A stretch of DNA of 64,000 nt from assembly GCA_028826165.1 (NCBI GenBank), contig JAPDFW010000145.1, positions 43,931 through 107,930 on the forward strand. The letters are read 5' to 3'. Source of the DNA: Anaeramoeba ignava BMAN (taxonomy: Eukaryota; Protista; Anaeramoebae). The notes under the pieces were generated by a model that worked only from the letters and a program-made list of their open reading frames with translations, searched no databases and was not told the origin of the DNA. The first letter of the stretch is position 1; the number at the start of each line of letters is the position of its first letter. Both the position numbers and the translations under genes were made by a program. Positions 55,077 to 64,000 of the stretch are shown piece by piece.

Positions 55077-57848
55077 TTTTATTTTCATTTTATTTATTTA
55101 TTAACAAAACGAATTTATGTTCAAACAGTTATTTTTCAATTTTATTTGATTTTTATTTGATTTTCATTTTTTATTTTGATTTTCAATTATTTTGAATTAA
55201 AACAGAACAAAAAGTAAATCAATATTGAATAAAGTTATTTTATTATATTTTTTATTTGATTTAATATAAAACAATTATTTCACTTCAATTATACAACAAA
55301 ATTGAAGTATATTTTGAATTAATTTACAATATCATTTCATTTAATTCACATTTATTTCAATTCAGATTTATATTCAATTTCATTTATAGTTAATTTATAA
55401 AGGAAATAAAAAGTAAATTAAAATGGGGTTGGGTTGAAGGGGCATAAGGGGATTAATAATAATTTATTCATAATTTATTCATAATTTAATTTATTTTTTA
55501 TTTTTATTTTTAATTTATGTTTTTAATTTTGAAATTTATTTTTATATTTGATATATATATTTTTAGTATTTTGTAAATTAAAATATTTATAAATAAATAT
55601 TTATTTTAATTTTAATTTAATTTAATTTAATTTAATTTTGTTTTTTATTAATTTAGAATTAATAATCAATTTTTAAAATATAATATATATTTTATCTTCT
55701 TTTTCTTCTTCTATTTATTTATTTATTTATTTGCAATTTCATTTTCAATTTAATTTAATTTAATTTTTCAATTTCAATTTCATTTTACAATTTAATTTCT
55801 ATTTTCATTTTAATTTTCAATTTAATTTAATTTTAATTCAATTTAATTCATATTTTATATTTTTATAAATTAAATAAATAAAATATTTTTAATTGTAATT
55901 TATTTTATTTTCATTTTATTTTTGTGTGTAAATAAATTTTGAAAAAATCAAAAAAAAATAAAATTAATAAAATAAATAAAAATAAATTTTGAAAATAATA
56001 ATTGAATTATTAATAAAATAAAAAATATTAGAATTAATTAATTAATTAATTATAAATCAAAATTTATTATTATTAATTATTAAAATAAATAAATTTGAAA
56101 TGAAAAATAATAAATAAAAATGAATATTAATTATATTATATAAATATAATTAATGAATATATAATTAATAAATATATAATAATAAATATTAATTCAAAAA
56201 TATATATGATATAAAATGTTTAAAAATAAAAATAAATTTTTAAAAGTATAAATCAAAATAAATAATATTTTTTTTATCAACTTAATTTCAATTTATATAA
56301 ATATAAATCAAAAAAAAATAAAAAAAATCAAATTTTATTCTAATTTATATATTTTAAACATTTTCAATAATAAATATTAAATCAAAATATATATTCAAAA
56401 TTAATATAATAATGGAATAAAATTTATTATCAATATTATATTAATAAATAATATAATAAATATAATATCAGAATAATAAATATATTAATAAAAATATATT
56501 TTATTAAATATTCTTTTTGGATTTGATTTTTATTTTTGTAATTCTTTTTATATTTTTAGAATAATTATTTATTTATTTTCATTTATTATTTTATTCAAAA
56601 TTTCATTTTAATTTCATTTACAATTTAATTTATTTTAAATATAATTTAATTTCATTTTCATTTTCATTTTCTTTTTCAATTTAATTTAGATTTGAATTTA
56701 ATTTAATTTAGATTTGAATTTTCATTTGAATTTGAATTTGATTTGATTTGAATTTAATTTAATTTTAATTTAATTTGAATTTATTTTGAATTTAATTTGA
56801 TTTGAATTTGAATTTGAATTTGATTTGATTTGATTTGATTTGAATTGAATTTGATTTGAATTTGAATTTAATTTTATTTTCAATTTCAATTTCATTTTCA
56901 ATTTAATTTAGATTTGAATTTCAATTTAATTTAGATTTGAATTTAATTTGAATTTAATTTGAATTTGATTTAATTTGAATTTGAATTTGATTTGATTTGA
57001 ATTTAATTTGAATTGATTTGAATTTGATTTGAATTTGATTTGAATTTAATTTGAATTCATTTAAATTTTCAATTTAGATTACAATCAACTTTACATAATA
57101 AATAAACACAAAAAAAATTAGTCAATATTCATTTCTGATTTTTATTTTGATTTTTCTTATTATTTTTATTTTGAATTAAATTTACAATTAAATTAAATAA
57201 ATAAATTCAATTTACAATTAAATTACATTCAATTTACAATTAAATTACATTCAATTTACAATTAAATTACATTCAATTTACAATTAAATTACATTCAATT
57301 TACAATTAAATTACATTCAATTTACAATTAAATTAATTTTACATTCAATTTAAATTAAATAAATAAAATTTACAATTAAAATTAAATTACATTCAATTTA
57401 CAATTAAATTACATTCAATTTACAATTAAATTACATTTAAATTTAATTAAATTACATTCAATTTACAATTAAATTAATAAATATAATTCAATTTACAATT
57501 AAATTAATAAATAATTCAATTTACAATTAAATTACATTCAATTTACAATTAAATTAAATAAATAATTAATTCAATTTACAATTAAATTAAATAAATAATT
57601 AATTCAAATTTACAATTAAATTAAATAAATTAATTCAATTTTACAATTAAATTAAATAAATTAATTCAATTTACAATTAAATTAAATAAATAATTAATTC
57701 AATTTACAATTAAATATAATTCAATTTACAATTAAATTAAATAAATAATTAATTCAATTTACAATTAAATTAAATAATTCAATTTACAATTAAATTAAAT
57801 AATTCAATTTACAATTAAATTAAATAAATTCAATTTACAATTAAATTA

Positions 57849-58828
57849 CACCTTTTCAACTTTGGTTTAAACCTTTTGCAAAAATATTTAAACCTTTTGC
57901 AAAAATATTTAAACTTTTTGCAAAAATATTTAAACTTTTTGCAAAAATATTTAAACCTTTTGCAAAAATATTTAAACCTTTTACAAAAATATTTAAACCT
58001 TTTGCAAAAATTTTAAACCTTTTTTTTTAATTTAAACCCTTGTCAATTTCAGTATTTGGTTTCAACTTTTTTGACTCTCAATAAATAACAGGTTGAATTT
58101 TTTTTTGAAGATATCTAATTTTTATTTTTTCTTCCAAATAATGATACAATCTCAAAGAGATGAAAGTGAACCAAATTTTGGATTAATTCAATCCAAGATT
58201 CAAATTGGTGCATTTAATTCTATTGACTTTATTGACTTTTTACCATATTGTTTTCATGTATTACTTAAAGATGAAGGCTTTAAATTTATCTCTTATAATT
58301 TTATATTTTCATCACTCTAATATGACCACAGAAATATTGGGACATCTTCTCCCTTCTATAAATTTTCTTTCATCTTATTCTCCTTTTCTTAATCGTGGTG
58401 AAAATGTTTATTTAACAGTGAAAAATTGTGTTGCTTTTCAACAATTCACAAATCAATAATCTCTGCTTGATTTGATCAAAGAAAGTTAACAAGAACTCTG
58501 GAGAAATCCCCAAATTGATTATCATATATCAGTAGAAATATTATTCCCAAAACTTTGAACAAAGAATATATTCTTGATTTTTGAAAATCAAAATGAATTG
58601 AGATTTTATATTCTCATTTTCAATTCACAATCTTTTTCATCATCTTCCAAATTTTTTTCAAAAAAGAAAAATAAAAGTTTAGATGAAACTTTCAAAAGTC
58701 AAGGGTTTAAATAAAAAAAAGGTTTAAAATTTTTGCAAAAGGTTTAAATATTTTTGCAAAAAGTTTAAATATTTTTGCAAAAGGTTTAAATATTTTTGCA
58801 AAAGGTTTAAACCAAAGTTGAAAAGGTG
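57849..58828 (+). mobile_element. Non-autonomous IS630/Tc1/mariner-superfamily transposon, 980 bp, TA target duplication, long tandem-repeat TIRs
   Basis: TA|CACCTTTTCAACTTTGGTTTAAACC ... GGTTTAAACCAAAGTTGAAAAGGTG|TA. Removing the element and one TA restores the minisatellite unit CAATTAAAT-TA-AATAAATTCAAT. TIRs are ~57849-58042 and ~58700-58828. Confidence 0.93.
58141..58520 (+). pseudogene. Decayed IS630/Tc1-type (DDE_3) transposase fragment
   Basis: FLSSYSPFLNRGENVYLTVKN resembles the family motif FLPPYSP-LNPIE..W..K. Upstream GAFNSIDFIDFL, in another frame, resembles the helix before the second Asp. There are frameshifts and stops, and no N-terminal HTH. Confidence 0.7.
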
Positions 58829-61800
58829 TAAATAAATTCAATTTACAATTAAATTAAATAAATTAATTCAATTTACAATTAAATTAAATAAATTAATTCA
58901 ATTTACAATTAAATTAAATAAATTAATTCAATTTACAATTAAATCAATAAATAATTCAATTTACAATTAAATTAATAATAAATTCAATTTACAATTAAAT
59001 TAAATAAATAAAATTTACAATTAAATTAAATAAATTAATTCAATTTACAATTAAATTAAATAAATAAATTCAATTTACAATTAAATTAAATAAATAAATT
59101 CAATTTACAATTAAATTAAATAAATTAAATTCAATTTACAATTAAATTAATAAATAATTCAATTTTACAATTAAATTAAATAAATTCAATTTTACAATTA
59201 AATTAAATTAAATAAATTCAATTTACAATTAAATTAAATTAAATAAATTCAATTTACAATTAAATTAAATAAATTCAATTTACAATTAAATTAAATAAAT
59301 TCAATTTACAATTAAATTAAATAAATAATTCAATTTACAATTAAATTAAATTAAATATAATTCAATTTACAATTAAATTAAATAAATAAATTCAATTTAC
59401 AATTAAATTAAATAAATTCAATTTACAATTAAATTAAATAAATTCAATTTACAATTAAATTAAATAAATTCAATTTACAATTAAATTAAATAACAATATA
59501 ATTCAATTTACAATTAAATTAAATAACAATATAATTCAATTTACAATTAAATTAAATAACAATATAATTCAATTTACAATTAAATTAAATAACAATATAA
59601 TTCAATTTACAATTAAATTAAATAACAATTTAATTCAATTTACAATTAAATTAAATAACAATTTAATTCAATTTACAATTAAATTAAATAACAATTTAAT
59701 TCAATTTACAATTAAATTAAATAACAATTTAATTCAATTTACAATTAAATCAAATAACAATTTAATTCAATTTACAATTAAATCAAATAACAATTTAATT
59801 CAATTTACAATTAAATCAAATAACAATTTAATTCAATTTACAATTAAATCAAATAACAATTTAATTCAATTTACAATTAAATCAAATAACAATTTAATTC
59901 AATTTACAATTAAATCAAATAACAATTTAATTCAATTTACAATTAAATCAAATAATTCTATATTTTGTTTTCATTTTATTTATTTATTAATAAAATGGAT
60001 TTATGTTCAAACACTTACTTTTCAATTTTATTTCAATTTTATTTGATTTTCATTGATTTATTTTAATTTTCAATTATTTTGAATTAAAACAGAACAAAAA
60101 GTAAATCAATATTGAATAAAGTTATTTTATTATATTTTTTATTCAATTTAATATAAAACAATTATTTCACTTCAATTGTAAAACAAAATTGAAGTATGTT
60201 TTGAATTAATTTACAACAGAATTCCATTTAATTCACATTTATTTCAATTCAAATTTATGTTTAATTTTATTTATAGTTAATTTATAAAGGAAATAAAAGT
60301 AAATTAAAATGGGGTTGGGTTGAAGGAGCATAAGGGGATTAATAATAATTTATTCATAATTTATTCATAATTTAATTTATTTTTTATTTTTATTTTTAAT
60401 TTATGTTTTTAATTTTGAAATTTATTTTTATATTTGATATATATATTTTTAGTATTTTGTAAATTAAAATATTTATAAATAAATATTTATTTTAATTTAA
60501 TTTAATTTTAATTTAATTTAATTTTGTTTTTTATTAATTTAGAATTAATAATCAATTTTTAAAATATAATATATATTTTATCTTCTTTTTCTTCTTCTAT
60601 TTATTTATTTATTTATTTGCAATTTCATTTTCAATTTAATTTAATTTTCAATTTCATTTTCATTTTACAATTTAATTTCTATTTTCATTTTAATTTTCAA
60701 TTTAATTTAATTTTAATTCAATTTAATTCATATTTTATATTTTATAAATTAAATAAATAAAATATTTTTAATTGTAATTTATTTTATTTTCATTTTATTT
60801 TGTGTGTAAATAAATTTTGAAAAAATCAAAAAAAATAAAATTAATTTAATAAATAAAAATAAATTTTGAAAATAATAATTGAATTATTAATAAAATAAAA
60901 ATATTAAAATTAATTAATTAATTAATTAATTATAAATCAAAATTTATTATTATTAATTATTAAAATAAATAAATTTGAAATGAAAAATAATAAATAAAAA
61001 TGAATATTAATTATATTATATAAATATAATGAATGAATATATAATTAATAAATATATAATAATAAATATCAATTCAAAATATATATAATGTAAAATGTTT
61101 AAAAATAAAAATAAATTTTTAAAAGTATAAATCAAAATAAATAATATTTTTATCAATTTTATTTCAATTTATATAAATATAAATCAAAAAAAAATAAAAA
61201 AAATCAAATTTTATTCTAATTTATATATTTTTAAACATTTTCAATAATAAATATTAAATCAAAATATATATTCAAAATTAATATAATAATGGAATCAAAT
61301 TTATTATCAATATTATATTAATAAATAATATAATAAATATAATATAAGAATAATAAATATATTAATAAAAATATATTTTATTAAATATTCTTTTTTTTGA
61401 ATTGATTTTTATTTTGTAATTCTTTTTATATTTTTTAGAATAATTATTTATTTATTTTCATTTATTATTTTATTCAAAATTTCATTTTAATTTCATTTAC
61501 AATTTAATTTATTTTAAATATAATTTAATTTTATTTTCATTTTCATTTTCATTTTCAATTTAATTTAATTTAGATTTGAATTTAATTTGAATTTGATTTG
61601 AATTTAATTTGAATTTAATTTGAATTTGAATTTGAATTTTGAATTTGAATTTTATTTTGAATTTGAATTTAATTTGATTTGAATTTAATTTGAATTTGAA
61701 TTTAATTTGAATTTGAATTGAATTTGAATTTGATTTGAATTTGATTTAAATTTGATTTGAATTTAATTTGAATTTGAATTTAATTTGAATTTAATTTGAA

Positions 61801-62119
61801 TTTGATTTGAATTTGATTTGAATTTGAATTTGATTTGAATTTATTTTGATTTGAATTTGATTTGAATTTGATTTGAATTTAATTTGAATTTAATTTGAAT
61901 TTAATTTGAATTTAATTTGATTTGAATTTGAATTTGAATTCATTTAAATTTTCAATTTAATTTGAATTGAATTTGAATTTAATTTGAATTTAATTTGAAT
62001 TCATTTAAATTTTCAATTTATATTACAATCAACTTTACATAATAAATAAACACAAAAAAAAAATCAATCAATATTCATTTCTGATCTTTATTTTGATTTT
62101 TCTTATTATTTTTATTTTG

Positions 62120-63977
62120 AATTCAATTTACAATTAAATTAAATAAATAAATTCAATTTACAATTAAATTAAATAAATATAATTCAATTTACAATTAAAT
62201 TAAATAAATTAATTCAATTTACAATTAAATTAAATAAATAATTCAATTTACAATTAAATTAAATAAATAAATTCAATTTACAATTAAATTAAATTAATAA
62301 TTCAATTTACAATTAAATTAAATTAATAATTCAATTTACAATTAAATTAAATAAATTAATTCAATTTACAATTAAATTAAATAAATTAATTCAATTTACA
62401 ATTAAATTAAATTACATTCAATTCAATTTACAATTAAATTAATAATAAATTCAATTTACAATTAAATTAATAATAAATTCAATTTACAATTAAATTAAAT
62501 AAATTAATTCAATTTACAATTAAATTAAATTACATTCAATTCAATTTACAATTAAATTAAATTACATTCAATTCAATTTACAATTAAATTAAATTACATT
62601 CAATTCAATTTACAATTAAATTAAATTACATTCAATTCAATTTACAATTAAATTAAATTACATTCAATTCAATTTACAATTAAATTAAATTACATTCAAT
62701 TCAATTTACAATTAAATTAAATTACATTCAATTCAATTTACAATTAAATTAAATTAAATAAATTCAATTCAATTTACAATTAAATTAAATAAATTCAATT
62801 CAATTTACAATTAAATTAAATAAATTCAATTTACAATTAAATCAAAAATTAATTCAATTTACAATTAAATTAAATATAATTCAATTTACAATTAAATTAA
62901 AAATAAATTAAATTTACAATTAAATTAAATAAATAAATTCAATTTACAATTAAATTAAATTACATTCAATTCAATTTACAATTAAATTAAATTAAATTAA
63001 ATTCAATTTACAATTAAATTAAATTAAATTAAATTAAATTTACAATTAAATTAAATAAATTCAATTCAATTTACAATTAAATTAAATAAATAATTCAATT
63101 TACAATTAAATTAAATAAATTCAATTCAATTTACAATTAAATTAAATAAATTAAATTCAATTTACAATTAAATTAAATAAATATAATTCAATTTACAATT
63201 AAATCAAATAACAATTTAATTCAATTTACAATTAAATCAAATAACAATTTAATTCAATTTACAATTAAATTAATAAATAATTCAATTTACAATTAAATTA
63301 AATAATTCAATTTACAATTAAATAAATAATTAATTCAATTTACAATTAAATCAAATAACAATTTAATTCAATTTACAATTAAATTAATAAATAATTCAAT
63401 TTACAATTAAATTAATAAATAAATTCAATTTACAATTAAATTAAATAAATTCAATTCAATTTACAATTAAATTAAATAAATTCAATTCAATTTACAATTA
63501 AATTAAATTCAATTTACAATTAAATTAAATTCAATTTACAATTAAATTAAATTCAATTTACAATTAAATTAAATTCAATTTACAATTAAATTAAATTCAA
63601 TTTACAATTAAATTAAATTACATTCAATTTACAATTAAATTAAATTACATTCAATTTACAATTAAATTAAATTACATTCAATTTACAATTAAATTAAATT
63701 ACATTCAATTTACAATTAAATTAAATTACATTCAATTTACAATTAAATTAAATTACATTCAATTTACAATTAAATTAAATTACATTCAATTTACAATTAA
63801 ATTAAATTACATTCAATTTACAATTAAATTAAATTACATTCAATTTACAATTAAATTAAATTACATTCAATTTACAATTAAATTAAATTACATTCAATTT
63901 ACAATTAAATTAAATTCAATTTACAATTAAATTACATTCAATTTACAATTAAATTAAATTACATTCAATTTACAATT
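62120..63977 (+). repeat. Minisatellite A array
   Basis: Same unit; the pattern breaks in the last ~23 bp of the window. Confidence 0.9.
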
Positions 63978-64000
63978 GAGTAAGTACATTCAATTAGAAT

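Larger units (their letters stand above)
57174..59957 (+). repeat. Minisatellite A array interrupted by the Tc1/mariner-like element
   Basis: Same unit on both sides of 57849-58828. Confidence 0.9.
1..64000 (+). repeat. Composite higher-order satellite: core module C alternating with cassettes D-H-A-B, D-E, F and G, all in one orientation
   Basis: The core anchor TTTTGTGTGTAAAT(G/A)AATTTTGAAAA (minor variants) recurs near 2661, 6151, 11971, 13841, 18771, 22991, 25081, 26451, 28661, 30211, 35911, 37221, 38481, 40361, 41911, 46741, 48321, 49195, 50895, 52431, 55921 and 60801. Confidence 0.95.

Noticed and set aside
63978-64000. Break in the repeat at the window end (GAGTAAGTAC...) as the start of another insertion
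   Set aside because: Only ~23 bp are visible; it could be an edge artefact.

Overview
This is an extremely AT-rich, almost entirely non-coding window that looks like a satellite/heterochromatin block of an AT-rich microbial eukaryote; the organism cannot be determined from the sequence. About 94% is a composite satellite in one orientation. A conserved ~750-800 bp core module (C, 22 anchored copies plus one partial and one diverged) alternates in non-periodic order with a small set of cassettes. The cassettes are: D-H-A-B (TTTGAA-type microsatellite, linker, TTCAATTTACAATTAAAT minisatellite, ~800 bp module with a four-G-tract motif); D-E ((TTTTCAATTACA)n); F (7 x ~170 bp); and G (~700 bp). 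Three islands interrupt it. (1) A 1974-bp Crypton-like element (6569-8542) has a 5-bp TTTAT direct repeat and an intact 396-aa tyrosine recombinase. Its right non-coding end holds an inverted copy of the element's own predicted circle junction (ICR-like), although the element has no reverse transcriptase; this is the best candidate for an undescribed mechanism. (2) A GC-rich structured non-coding island with a ~150-nt hairpin (42341-~42720) begins 10 bp from the homologous target position in another core copy. (3) A 980-bp TA-flanked IS630/Tc1/mariner derivative has foldback-like TIRs and a decayed transposase (57849-58828). The other listed ORFs are repeat artefacts or incidental (antisense or short) frames. 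Satellite module boundaries are approximate (tens of bp) and were read by eye.
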